Source of the DNA: Octopus vulgaris
Taxonomy: Eukaryota
Reading direction: 5' to 3'
NCBI GenBank assembly: GCA_951406725.2
Contig: OX597830.1
Coordinates: forward strand, 3,038,001-3,102,000
Length of the DNA: 64,000 nucleotides
A program made the position numbers and the translations under genes. Positions 11,991 to 26,434 of this stretch are shown one piece after another (position 1 is the stretch's first letter; each line of letters starts with the position of its first letter). The notes beneath the pieces are model-generated. The model saw only the letters and a list, made by a program, of their open reading frames with translations, ran no database searches and was not told the DNA's origin.

Positions 11991-14344
11991 CCAAAGATGC
12001 AAAAGATTTGAGTCTGGAATATAGTTTTTTCACATGTTCATCTATTGAACATGATCATTCTTTTGACCAAATTCTATATCCGATGGCTTACTGAAGCCAA
12101 CTGTTTCTCATCCTTCCAAATACTTCTAGAATGGATATCTAGATTACCTGTTGTAGGCCCTACCACGTAACCAACATAACTTCTTCCTTAAATACAAAAT
12201 CACAAAGCACCAACAGCTGTAAGCATTCAGATACTTCTTAAAGGTTGACAGTAATCTGATACAAAGAGAAATGATAAACGAGTCTACATAGGATTGTGAA
12301 TTAAATCTAAGTTGAACATTTTAGTAGGTTTTCTGATCGAAAAGGTGGTCAGGGTGGTTTTAAAGAGGTTTTGTGTGTGTCAGTGGCAGACACAAACCAG
12401 TAAGGGGTGAAATTGCAATGAAAATGGATGAAAGAAAAACCAGGATACCAAGTAATTAAGAAAACACAGGAGTTACTTGCAAAGAAGTATAGAAAGTAGA
12501 GATTTGTCTGATTTAGATAAATAGACACCAGCTAATGGAGCTTGTCTATTTAAACCAGACTTTTACTTTAGAATAAATACAAGGAACTCAACAACGCCAT
12601 TTAATTGTTATTTATGACTTTTAGTGTAATTCTTGTAGATTCTTTGTTTCTGTTGCTATGTAAGCATAAATGTAAGCATAAATGTGTATGTGTGTATGTG
12701 ATTATGTAAGTGTGAATGTGTATGTATGTATGTGTGTATGTATGCAAGCATGAATATTTATGTGTGTTTGTATGGATGTGTGTAGCTGTATGCATCTACA
12801 TATGTGCGCATTTATATATGTATGTATGCATCTATGCATATGTGTAAGGGTGTATGTATGTAAGCAGATGAATATTGAGGTATTGTTTCTAGGTATGTGT
12901 GCATGTTAGTACTGTATGTATGTATATATGTAGGTATGTTTAAGTATGTATGAGTATCTATGTATACGTATGTATGTATGTTTCAAAGAATGCTTGCTTG
13001 TAACTGTCAACTTTATTCTAAGACTGTCTGAAACCGCTGTCAATTATTCTGACCTATATTGCTAATAATTATTTTACTTAATGAGACAGAATAAAGAATA
13101 TTTAAACTTGAAGTTCTTTTGCCAGAATATGGATTATTTTCTTTGACATTTCTTGACAAAAATCAATTCTATAAAATATATTTGGCATCAGCCATATGTA
13201 ATATTTGCATTTGGAAATATTCCATAATTGCTAAATATTCACCGACATCCTCCCAGTTCCACTTCAAAATCATCAAAACAGCTTTTTTTTAAAAAAAATA
13301 TTACACTAAAATCAAATTGTAGAAATCATTTTGATTAATAATTAAATTATTTCTAATTAAGGCACAAGGCCAGCAATTTTGAGGGAGGGGTTTATTTGCC
13401 TGACCGATACTTTATTTTACCAAACTCAAAATGATAAAAAGCAAAGTGGACTTTGGTTTGATTTGAACTCAGAACACAAAGAGCAGGAAGATATATTACA
13501 AAGCATTTTGTTCAATGCTCTAACTTTTCTGCTATTCTATATTGCTTTTTTAGTAAATTCCACGGCTGTTTCTGTCTTTTATTTGCTGTTTTATATTATG
13601 TAAGTAGTTTATATATATGTACATATATATATATATACATGTGTGTGTGTGTGTGTATATAAAATTAAGAAGAGAAACCAAATTCAAAGGTCGATGTATA
13701 TATTCTTCAATCCACATTAATGAAATTCTCCATGGTATACGAAGTACATACATAGATGCATTCATCTATATGATATATAAAAAATGTCTAAGAATATATA
13801 AATACATACATATACACGAAAATTTATAAATATATAAAAATTCATAGACATATAAAAATTTATAAACACATGAAAATTGATAAATATAAATATATAAAAA
13901 TATAAGTCCATAAATGTACTTGCAAAGTCCAAATGAAGAGGATGATAAAACGGATGTAATATGATTCATAAAGAGTCTGGAACATGTAGAAAGTCTATAT
14001 CACTTATTTCGTCATTGCATATATATATATATATGTTAGCAAAAACTAATTTGTACATAGGTAATCGTTTCTTTTATTTTGTATATTTTCATTTGTCTTG
14101 CTTATTTTTACACTTTGTTTTTTTTGCTGAGTTTTTTCTTGAGAACACATTCTTCGTTGTAAATGGTGAGTTTGACGTCTATATCTAGCATATAGGCTGT
14201 CCATTTTTAGTGGTCAGTCCTCTAAATTTTGTATGTAAGAAAATTTTTTAATCTTCGGATTTTTTAAAAATATGCTAGGCCACTGGTTTAATCTATTAAT
14301 ATCAATTTCTACCCTTATTTAATTTTATGTATATATATATATAG

Positions 14345-14870
14345 GGAGATTTTACGAAAAAACAAAAGACGAAGACAGGTGGTGTACAAAACAAACAGAT
14401 GTATTAGTATAATGCTCAGGAATAGAAAAAAGTCTTTTACATTTCGAGCCTACGCTCTTCTACAGAAAGGGACACAGAAAAAACAAGGAGAGAAACAAGG
14501 AGAGAAAAAAATGTGTGTAGTGGCTAACGATATATCATGGTGACTAGTGCCGGACTGAAGGGTCAAACACAGCAAGGAAAGTAGGGGAGATAACAAGGTA
14601 AAGATGAACCCCAACACAAAGGTGCGTCTGTGTATAAGAGAGTATGTATGTGCATGTGAAAGAGGGCTGGTGGTCTGGATGTGTACGTGTATGTATGCGT
14701 AGGTGTGAAGATGTGGAGATGGGTGTGTGGGTGGTGCGTTGTGATGTGATGTGTAATGTTGTATGGTGTAGTGTGGTGTGGTGTGATGTTGTTGGGAGGT
14801 GGGGAGGCGAGAGTGGGGAAAGCACTGGTGGGATGTGGGTTCGACTGGGGGTTGGGGTAGAGTTGGGGTT
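14345..14870 (-). mobile_element. Penelope-like pseudo-LTR fragment with hammerhead-like motif
   Basis: Begins at (TA)n. Minus strand 14432-14471: cttt-CTGTAGAA-gagc-gtag-gctc-GAAA-tg-TA-aaag (variant core), plus a GT-rich low-complexity body. Confidence 0.55.
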
Positions 14871-14904
14871 ATGATTTCCTTATTTAAAGGAAATGGATCC
14901 AAAT

Positions 14905-16375
14905 CTGTGTGTGGAAATGACAGAAGAGTAAGCTTGCTTGGAGCAGTTGGTAAGGCTTTTGCAAAATTTTTATTCAATCAACTAACAAAGAGGTGGATAT
15001 GCCCCTCTGACATCCTGGAAAGTTAATATGGTTTTAGATCAGTTCATGCTGCTCATCAATTCCAAGAGAAATGCATCAGACATTATATAGTTCTTTTCTA
15101 GGCCATTGTCAACTTAAACAAATAACTTTGTTACTGTCTATAGGATCAATCTTCAGATCATTTTGGGTCCTCCATCTCAATTTCACAACTTGTTTAAGCA
15201 ATTCCATACTGATATGAAAGCTGGTTTTAACTTCAATGTTTCGGCCTTGGAACCAATTCCCATTGATAATGGGGTTAAATAAGGTTGATATTGCTACTCC
15301 AACGTTTTTACCATATATCTTGCTGCTTCTGTCTTGTACACTTCCCAGGCTGCGATATTGTAGTCTTCATTCACTTCAGAACCACAGGTAAGGTCTTTGA
15401 TGTAACACTTCAGTACAGAATCAAAGACTTTCCAGACCCTTGTTCGTGAGGTCCTTTATGCTGATGTTGTAGTTCCTGTTACTCATACTGAATGCGACAT
15501 GCACGCTATAATGAATCTCTTCTTTAGAGCATGCATTGCTTTCGGACATATCATCAGCTTCCAGACCATCCCTATGTCAAACCCAACACCTTCGTCCAGG
15601 GTACAAGTTTAAATGTGGTCAACTCTTCTGTATATATTGGCAGCACTCTCTCTCTAAAGATAGATCCCTTGATTCTGAAATAAATCCTAGGATTGAAAAA
15701 GCCAGCAACACATTTGGAAGGCTCAAAAATCGTGTGTGGTCTGACAGAAGCATCACAATGAAAACCAAGTTCAGTGTCTATGAATCACGTGTCTCAACGA
15801 CTCTTTTGCTCTCTTCCGAGATTTGGACTAATTATCATCTCCCCATCAAGGTTTTAGAAAGATTCCCTCAAAGTTGCCATTTCAGGATCTTACCCACTAA
15901 ATGGTAGTCTTTAACATCAGACGCCATTGTTCTTCCATGAGCCAACACATCCAGTATCGAAATGTTCCTTATATGTAATCAGATACGTTGGACTGGGCAC
16001 TTTATTAAGAGACAGGTTGACTGATTACCTATATATTCGTTGGGGAGTTGCAACATGGTAAGCATCCAAGACAGAAACTTAAGAAATGCTTCATGTACGT
16101 TGCCAAAAGCAACCTCAAAAGTCTCTTAGTGTGAACATTGAGGAGTAGTAGCAGTTGATGGAAGATTGGAAAGAAGTGATTTAGAATGGTTGTAAAGAAT
16201 TTGGAACATGGAGAATTGAACAAGCAATCTTGAAAGGAGAACTTCATATGCAAGATTTAGCTTCAATCCTAGATATTGTTTTTCCTGAAAATGTTTGTAG
16301 CATCTGCAGTTGGGTGCATGTGGCCCTAGCTGGGCTTGCAAGTCTCATAAGACATCTTATGACAGATTTTTCTAA
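14905..16375 (+). pseudogene. Heavily decayed RTE/BovB-type LINE (RT and C-terminus)
   Basis: Fragments SLLGAVGKAFAK, GVK*G, LYADVV, SLDSEINPRIEKASNTFGRLKNRVW, with many stops and frameshifts. Confidence 0.85.
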
Positions 16376-16473
16376 TTGAAGAGGTAGTGGCAATCACCGT
16401 ATATATATATAGAGAGAGATATACAAAAATACAAACACACACACACACACACACACACATGTATGTATGCATA

Positions 16474-17515
16474 CAGGGTGTTCAGGTTAAATGTGACAAT
16501 TTGCATAACAGAAAAGAAAGCACAGTATCTCAACGAAAGATAAAAGTGTTTGAGCAAATCAAAAGTATCAACTGGACTCTGCCTGCGAGATAACAACTTA
16601 CTCGAAGTAACCTCTGTCAGCTGCCACAATGGCCTAAAAGCAGCTCCAAGACCTGGCATATGTGTTTCTCCCTGTGTCCTTGGGAAGATCATTGAACACT
16701 TCGTTGGTTTTGGTCACCAACTCAGCCTTGGTGAGTTCAAGTGTCTTTCTCAACCATGTCCCACAATAGAAACCCATGGAATAACAATCGGCGGGATTAT
16801 GAGGCCAGAAATTGGGGCTGGTGAAGTGGAAGAAATTCTCCAACAACCACTTCTGATCCTTTCTTGAGATATGGCAAGAAGCTGAATCCTGCTGTCACAC
16901 ATATGGCCCTCCAGCTGTGACTCTCTCCAGCCAGGGTTTGACCACAGCTTCAAGCAACTTCACATAGTTGTCTGAATTGTGTCTAAAGTCCTCCTCTTCA
17001 GCACTTGTTGGATGCCTATCGTGTCCCATCCAGCTGACCACAGCTTCATAGTCTCTGTTAGAGTTGTCTATGTCACATCTTGCAGCCTTCACAATGTTCA
17101 CAGAGTAGGGAGCAGCAGTCATGGGACAGACATAATGATACACCCAGCACAAATCCTCGTTATACAGGTAATGCTTTCCCAACATTCAGATTGCTTCCTT
17201 CCTCCATGTCAGCTCACATTTTCTCAACTGCAACTTTAATATTAATGCCACCCAATGCTATAGACTGTTCACCATTTCATCAAGTTATTCCTAAAAAGAG
17301 GAAACATGAAACTTGTCACATTTAGCCTGAGCAGAAAAGAGGAAACATGAAACTTGTCACATTTAGCCTGAGCAGCTTCACAAACGTGTCTGAATTGAGC
17401 CTAGGCTTCTGTTCATCCGTTGCTGGATGAATTCTGGCATGGAGACACAATATAGCTACAGTGTCCCATCCTGACAGCCATCGCTTCATAGTCTTCACTA
17501 TGGCTGTCTGTATCA
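16474..17515 (-). mobile_element. Decayed Tc1/mariner-superfamily transposon
   Basis: TA|CAGGGTGTTCAGGTTAAATGTGACAA left TIR; complementary TIR acttgtcacatttagcctgagca at 17311-17333, duplicated at ~17352-17374; transposase motif remnant FWPHNPADCYSM (WPPNSPDxNP-like); extra transposase piece 17376-17515. Confidence 0.8.
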
Positions 17516-17683
17516 CAATTTATTGCTTTTACAGTGTTCACATTTAATATATCAAAATGCATTCTTTGAAAACCTGCCTATATTCCTTATAAGGTAATGT
17601 GGACTATCTGTGTGTGTGTGTATCTGTGTGTGTATGTACATATGTATATACCTATATACATTTATATATATATATATACATAT

Positions 17684-18311
17684 ATCAACAATCAAGGAAC
17701 GGCCATAATAGGCCATTCACCCACTAGAAATAACAGCCAAAGCTTCAACCGCAAATAAAAAATTAACTCCGTAAACCAGGAGAAAATTTAAAAAACATTT
17801 ACCTTGTAATTTCTTATACGATATACCGTTTCATCTGCTGATTAATGGTAAACTAACCTGATTAAATTAAATCAAGCCAATCTTCCAAAGGCCCTCAGAT
17901 TCTTCAGTAAGAAATAGCCCAAGTCGGAACAGATATTTTCACGAGGCAAATCCGACCTTGCCAAGGTTATATCTGACCTAAAATTTTCAAATCGTCGCAC
18001 TCGCGCCAAATTTATCGGCAGCAAATAAATATAAGCCGTCGATTCCATTACGGAATTAACCAGAAAATTCATAATTAATAGGGTGGCAAAAAAAATTTTG
18101 TAGAATTCTTTTGCCACCAGCGGCCTAGTGGGAAAAAATTAAATAGTCATAGACCATTTTTAAGTTCAACATCAACAATCAAGGAACGGCCATAATAGGC
18201 CATTCACCCACTAGAAATAACAGCCAAAGCTTCAACCGCAAATAAAAATTAACTCCGTAAACCAGGAGAAAATTTAAAAAACATTTACCTTGTAATTTCT
18301 TATACGATATA
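17684..18311. mobile_element. Young non-coding element with ~141-bp terminal direct repeats inside (TA)n
   Basis: 17684-17825 and 18171-18311 are identical except for a 1-nt indel in an A run; CpG-rich 345-bp interior; both flanks are TA-rich repeats; no TG...CA ends. Confidence 0.75.
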
Positions 18312-20204
18312 TATATATATACATATATATATATATCATCATCGTTTAACGTCTGTTTTCCGTGCTAGCATGGGTTGGACGGTTCGACTGGTGTCTGGGA
18401 AGCCAGAAGGCTGCACCAGGCTCCAGCTTGATCTGGCAGTGTTTCTACAGCTGGATGCCCTTCCTAACGCCAACCACTCCGTGAGTGTAGTGGGTGCTTT
18501 TTATGTGCCACCGGCACAGAAGCCAGTCAAGGCAGTGCTGGCATCGGCCACGTTTGGATGATGCTTTTTATGTGCTGCCGGCACAGGTATCGTAACTACA
18601 ATTTCCATTTGATATTTATTTTGTATGTATGCATGTATATATATGTATATGTCTGTATGTATATGTATATGTATGTATATATGTATATAAACATATATAT
18701 GCATGTGCATTCATGCATATATGTATATATATGTATGTATGTATGTATGTATATGTATGTATATATGTATATAAGCATATATATATGCATGCGTGTGTAT
18801 GCATATATGTATGTATGTATATATATCTATATATAAATATGTATATACACACACACATATGTGTGTATATATATATATCTTAAAGAGAGAGAGAAAGAGA
18901 GAATTGGTGAAAGAGATAGTAAGAAGCAAAATTCTCTAAAAATTCCAAAATATTTTTCTAAAGTATATAAAATATTTAATAACCAAATATATATTATTTT
19001 CTATTTCAGATATGAAAATAAATTTAAAAGTTCATAAACAATCTTTAATTTATTTTGCCTGCTGCATTATATTTCATTAAAAAAAAAAAAGATGTATTTG
19101 GATGTAGTTTTTCATTGATAAGTGGATGTTGATTTTGTTGTCTACACAACAACAACAACAGCTACATATGATATGTATTGGGTACTTTCATTTTTATTTT
19201 AATCACCGAAACAAAAGCAGCTTTTGAAAATAGCACACAATAGAACCAGTTAGTTTTAATGCCAATATAATATAAGATTTGTAATATTATATATCTCCAT
19301 ATGATAATTTCCATTAGATTTGTATATATTTAAGGTAAATATGTAGGTAGTGATATTGAAAATGGAGAGAATAAGGTGAAGAATATTTCTCACTTTTCCA
19401 TTTTCTTTCTTCTGTCTTTGTTCTCCATTTCTTCATTTTCATGTTTACATTTAATATATTAAAATACATTCTTTGAACAATTCTACCTTATTAATAATTT
19501 CAGTTGTACATTTTAAAGAAATTCTTATGTGAAGAAATATTTTGGCAAAATAAAATAGTTACAATTTTAAAATTCATCGTAAAATATTTGTGCTTCTAAA
19601 ACGTCTGCAAAAAGGTCTCGTTTGTCTTGAGGCAACGTTTTCCATTCTATTTCATTATTTGTACAGTTTATGAGATAATCTCACTTAAAATTAGGAAGCG
19701 TGGCCTACATTCAAGCCACGAGAGCGTTTTGTATATTTCTTTTCTATACAGAAAGTAAAATGGATTCAGCATTTTTAAAAGAAATTTCTAGAAGAATTAC
19801 AAATTATTTGTCATGTTTTAAAAATGCAGCAAAAGGTTTCCAAACAGTCTTCCGAAATGGAATATTTAAAGAAAAAGTAATGAAAAGCCTGTAATGTTTG
19901 GAGTTTTGCAGTGACTTCATCATCATCATATTCATTGTTTCCCATCAAGTTTTCTGGATCCGACAGAACACTTTGCATCTGACTTTTCTATGGATAGATT
20001 CACTTCCTGTTGCAAACTCTCACCTGTTTTTGACCAAGGTAATATTTTCCCCTTGACCAGACATGTTTTCCATTGAAGACTGGAAACAAGCAGCTTCTTT
20101 ATATGAAAGTAATTTTCAACCATCACTGGGTGACAACACAAGGGTTCACACAAACTTACATGCACACATACACACACACACATATATATAGAGAGAGAGA
20201 TATA

Positions 20205-20396
20205 GGCCTCAAAAGACATTTTAAGATTCACAAAGATCAGAACTTATCTGCAGATCTTGGTGGTCTAAATCGGATATGCAATCTATGTGGGTACCTTTTC
20301 AAGACATAGTCTGATTTAAAAAGTCACATCAGATGCCATGATGGATCTAAGGTGTAGGTACATGAGGCTGTCAGACTCTGCATAGCTTGTAGACAA

Positions 20397-20400
<4 letters not shown>
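20205..20400 (+). mobile_element. Short RTE/BovB-type 3' fragment with C2H2 finger remnant
   Basis: Reads RICNLCGYLFKT*SDLKSHIRCH, like the C-terminal finger of the 26.4-kb LINE (CTICEKVCKTSAGLKVH). Confidence 0.55.
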
Positions 20401-21373
<973 letters not shown>

Positions 21374-21555
21374 CATACATATATACATATATATATATGT
21401 ATATATACGTATATATATATGTGTGTGCATGTATATATGTATATATACATATATATATATGTGTGTGCATGTATATATGTATATATATATATAGATGTGT
21501 GAATTTTTCCCTTGTTAAAAATTTAACATGGAAAAAATATATAAACAGTTACCAG

Positions 21556-22148
21556 GGTAGCAAAAAAGATCACACAAGTAAAAAGGTTGTAACTCCTTGT
21601 TTTTAAAGGTAGAAACTTTGGGTTTACGTGAAATATTTTGTATAATATATATATAGAAATAAATGGAGTTAAACACAGGTGTTATTCAAATTCTTTTACT
21701 TTCGACAAATGTTTTGAAGATTTCACTGATATTATTACAAAGGAATAAAATGGTGTAAAACAACGTAATCTTCTCTTCAGGGAAGTGAAGAAATGAAACT
21801 CGTCAATAAGACATTTTAACTGAAAATGATGGATATGTATAGTGATTAACTGAACGCTATTAAGTTTGTTTCAAAGAAACGATATAGGATATAATATCAA
21901 AAGTAGCCTATAGAAAGAGGAGGGATAAAGGAAAGAAAAACAAAAAATGAGAAGTATATAACTTTGGAACAATACCAGTGATATCTTCGAAACATGTGTC
22001 GGAAGTAAAAGAATTTGAATAACACCTGTGTTTAACTCCATTTATTTATTTATATTTATATTATACAAAATATTTTACATAAACCCCAAGTTTCTACTTT
22101 TAAAAACAAGGAGTTACATCATTTTTACCTGTGTGATTTTTTGCTACC
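21556..22148. mobile_element. Fold-back Penelope-like element with ~190-bp inverted arms
   Basis: Arms ~21556-21750 and ~21960-22148 (ggtagcaaaaaa...gagttaaacacaggtgttattcaaattc and its reverse complement); contains a hammerhead motif. Confidence 0.8.
21699..21785 (-). ncRNA. Type-I hammerhead ribozyme motif
   Basis: Minus strand: cttcc-CTGAAGA-gaagatt...aatcttc-AAAA-C-attt-GTC-gaaag. The opposite arm (21978-22005, +) keeps the intact 3' half atcttc-GAAA-C-atgt-GTC-ggaag. Confidence 0.75.
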
Positions 22149-22404
22149 AAAAGCATGGGAAGGGATGGAATTCCAGAAGATTAATGCTTTGGAGGGGAAG
22201 GATTGTGATAAAAATTGGTGCAGGGATATGGGGATGGGGTGAACAGAGGGGGAGGAGGAGGAGGAGAGACAAATAAATTGAAAATTCTGGCTCAAGAACA
22301 AGCAGTTATCCAGAAGCAGCCCTTGCTGTAGCAATAGAAAAGGCATAGTGAGGGGATACAGAATGTTGTGGATGAGAGGTTGAATGGAGGTCTTCATTAT
22401 GAGC

Positions 22405-22605
22405 AACATAAATGCGTAGCCATATTTTGTCTGCCATTACGTTCTGAGTTCAAATTTCCGCCGAGGTCGACTTTTCCTTTCATCTTTTTGGGGTCGATAA
22501 ATTAAGTACCAGTTATGCACTAGGGTCGATGTAATCGACTTAATCCCTTTGTCTGTCTTTGTTTGGCCCCTCTGTGTTTAGCCCCTTGTGGGTAATAAAG
22601 AAATA
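22405..22605 (+). mobile_element. tRNA-derived SINE fragment (second family)
   Basis: gagttcaaattt-ccgccgaggtcgacttttcctttcatctttttggggtcgataaattaagtacc...; related copies in either orientation at ~8101-8285, 13357-13535, 24851-25056, 34122-34332, 63860-64000. Confidence 0.7.
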
Positions 22606-24342
22606 TATAATGAGTGACTTTATCATAAATGGCTCACAATGAATGAATGACTTCACATCAATCAGTCTGGTATTACTTGCAAATGGAAACTTCTTTATAA
22701 GAACAGTTTAGTCAATATTGGTTAACAATTTCTCAGTTGTGTTACTTTAATTATTAAACAACTTTTTCCTTCAGTTTCTGTCAGTTCCTGTGTTCCTCAA
22801 AGGGGCTGAGCACAAGAGAATGATACAAAAGAATATGGACGTGAGTGTAAAGGCTTCTTTGTAAGCTAATACAAGTGAACAGCAGCCCACCTGCGCATGA
22901 AGGGATCAGCTGTATGAGTAGGTGCTTCCCGAACTTTATTGATCAGCAATTCAGATCCTGAAATCCAGATATCCTGATGAACAATTCCTTATTACACATC
23001 AATGATTCTTTGATAATCAATAGAAATTTATCAAAAGAAATGTTATCGTGTTAGATGTCAACAAACCTTTCAGTTAAGTGTGCGATGAAAATCTTTCTAA
23101 ATTCCTGATCTTTTGACATTACTTGCCATTATTATCCCCTTTTCTGGCAGTCACATACAACCTCATCTGAACCTGATTATTCTACACAGTGAGATTTGGC
23201 AAGGAATTTCTGACACTTGTGATATTTACCATCACAAAAACAAACAGCCTTCATCTTGCTCAAACACAATTCTCCTTCTTCAACAAACTGTGGTTTCATT
23301 ACTGGAAATGCAGAAACCACAAAATGTGTTATTTGCTAAGCTAAAGATATATATACGAGTAGCTGCAAATGACGAATGTGTTTGTTAACCATCTCTGCAC
23401 ACAACTGACATCATATTATTATCTTTTTTTTTTTTTATTCTTTACTTGCAACTTGTATGATCAGTAATTGAACACAAAACGTTTCTGAGAGACCTATTTT
23501 GTGAATCTTATTCATTATTTAAATACTCTGTCATTTGTTTAAACAACAGCTGCATGGCTTTCAGTAAACTAACAGTGAGAAATTAGTTTAGAAATACAGT
23601 TTGAATGTGATGTACAGAAGAATATCAGCAAGGGAATATATTTTGTTATATGTTTAGCTGTGCTGGAAGGGGTCAAATGTAAAATATATTCATTGCCAGG
23701 GATTCTTAACATAGATTTGGCAGGGGTCTGCAAAAGGTTACAAGAAGAGGTTATTTTAAACTCTGAACTAGTTAAAATGGATTTCTCAACAATATATTAT
23801 ATTTAACTCTATCATCTTTGCCTCCAAATAGTTCTGAATCCAACACTGAATTCATTATTCTTGTTCCTTCTTTACTGCCAGGTACAAAATCCTTTACATT
23901 TAAAAATCTGTCAAAATCTAGCAAAATCTAAATATTTTACTTGTGTTTATGCACTATTCGTAGCATCTTTGTCTCCCTAGAATTGGCACAGAGCCCTAAT
24001 TACAAATCAGTTTACCCATTAGCACCACCTGTCTTTTAACTTTACTTAAAGGCCATCTTAGCAGGCTGTTCCAATTTCTTAAAAGTTTTAGGAATTTAAC
24101 ATAAACTAGTGAAGATTGTTACAAATCTGCATTTGAAACAGAATTTCTGGGTTCCAGTCAAGTGAAGCGATATATTTAGATGGAGGAATAGGACATCTTG
24201 TGGAGAAATATGGAAGAAAAGGTAAATTGAAGGCTAAACATTACAGATGAATTGTCGGACAAAGTTTCAAAGAAAATGGTGTTACTTGTACAAAAATGTT
24301 CTACTTCATGAAGAATTTTACTCATCTCATAAATGTAAAGAT

Positions 24343-24528
<186 letters not shown>

Positions 24529-25269
24529 ATGTCTACTGCTTCTTGCTTTAATATCAAACAAATTATATATCAGTATCAGCTGTCCGATATAAAATTAAGC
24601 TAATACGATCAGACATAAGTTTATCTTCTTCTGTCATGTGACAGACTTCCTTTTACAGTGTATCGACTAAATTATGTTGGTTCAGTTTTGTCTCCTATTC
24701 AAGGGATTCCTCAATGGTGGTGGGGTTCCCAAGACCAACTGTGTTTATTTGGTCCCTATTAAATTTTTTGCGTAAGTCAGCCTAGTGACGTTCTTACATT
24801 TCGAAACTACAAGATATGCAAACAGTCGTTAATTAGATGTTAGTTTAAAATTTTTGGCACAAGGGCAGCAATTTTGGTGAAGTGGGTAAATCGATTATAT
24901 TGGCTCCAGTGCTCAAGTAGTGTTTATTTTATCAGCCCCATAAGGATAAAAGGCATAGTTGATCTGGGCAGGATTTGAACCCAAAATGTAAACATGGATA
25001 AAATGATGCTTAGCATTTTGCTTGGCATGCTAAGAATTCTACCAGCTTGCTACCTTAATTCGTAATTAGATATTGTTTATGCTAATTTACATGACCAGGT
25101 GTGGCTACAGGGAGCTAACTAATGTTTTCTCTATGGTTCACATCCACAACATGGTTCCAGGTTCAGTTCCACTGCATGGCACATTGGGCAAGTGTCTTCT
25201 ACTATAGCTTTAGGCTGATCAAAGCCTTGTGAGTGGATTTGGTAGATGGAAACTAAAAGAAGCCTGTCG

Positions 25270-25317
<48 letters not shown>

Positions 25318-26222
25318 GTATATATCGAAATTGAAATCAAATTCGATGACAGCACTGCATGACTGGCATCCATGCTAGTGGATCGCTAAGAGCACCATCT
25401 GAGCATGATCGTTTCCAGGCTGCTGACTGGATCCCGTTCCGATGGCACATAAGAAGCACCATTTGAGCACGATCATTACCAGCATTGCCTTACTGGTACT
25501 TGTACCGGTGGCACATGAAAAACAACGTGTGAGCGAGGTCATTGCCAGGGTCACTGGACTGGCTCCTCTGCAGGTGGCACGTAAAAAACTCCATTTGAGC
25601 ATGGCCATTGCCAGTACCACCTGACTGGCCCTCGTGGCAGTGGCACGTAAAAGCACCCACTATACTCTTGGAGTGGTTGGCATTAGGAAGGGCATCCAGC
25701 TGTAGAAGCTTTGCCAGATCAGATTGGAGCCTGGTACAGCCATCTGGCTTGCCAGTCCTCAGTCAAACCGTCCAACCCATGCCAGCATGGAAAGCGAGCA
25801 TTAAATGATGGTGATGATGATGATGATTATATATATATATTCAGATGAATATGATACTTGAGTTGAGGTACCAGAATTTAATACAGTATTACCCATAGAA
25901 TTTCAAAATAAGCTGAAGTGAAAGCAGCATGTTCTTTGTCTATCTCCTCACCTTCTTGGAGATTTTAGGTAAAATTATACTAATGTGTCCATCTGTTTTA
26001 ATTTAATTAAATTCTATGTCTTTGTGCAGCTGAAGATTGCTTTGCATTTTAAGTTGATGTAATGATTGCATTGTTCAATTAAATGAAGTTGCTTGAAATG
26101 ATCATACTGCATTACCTTTGGATATCCTTGTTGCTTATTTTGATATATATATATATATGAGTTTTTTGCATAATAAAATAAAAAACCAAGGCTGTGTAAA
26201 TTTAAAGCATTTATAGATAGAA

Positions 26223-26276
26223 GGTCTTACAGCTGTTTCTTGGATATTTATTAATTAAATCCCTTTATTGGAGACG
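26223..26276 (-). ncRNA. Decayed hammerhead motif with palindromic AGCT loop III
   Basis: Minus strand: gtct-CCAATAA-aggga...atccaa-GAAA-C-AGCT-GTA-agac; the host element starts at a (TA)n tract near 26160. Confidence 0.5.
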
Positions 26277-26434
26277 GTGTGAGAGGATAGTTAAGTCATA
26301 GTTAGTTTAGATGTGATACAATCTAAACTAGAACTTAACTATGGTCTGTCTATAGCACTTATTCAGCATTACCTGACACCTTTGGGTGTCAATGACACCA
26401 TTTTAGGAATTTCTCTCTTTCTCTCTCTGTATAT

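Noticed and set aside
14450-14977. 175-aa His/Pro/Thr-rich ORF
   Set aside because: Antisense reading of GT-rich low-complexity repeat sequence plus a LINE edge.
22850-24320. Possible ancient DNA-transposon coding remnants (also ~31850-32450 and 11050-12230)
   Set aside because: No motif I can identify with confidence and no informative ORF.
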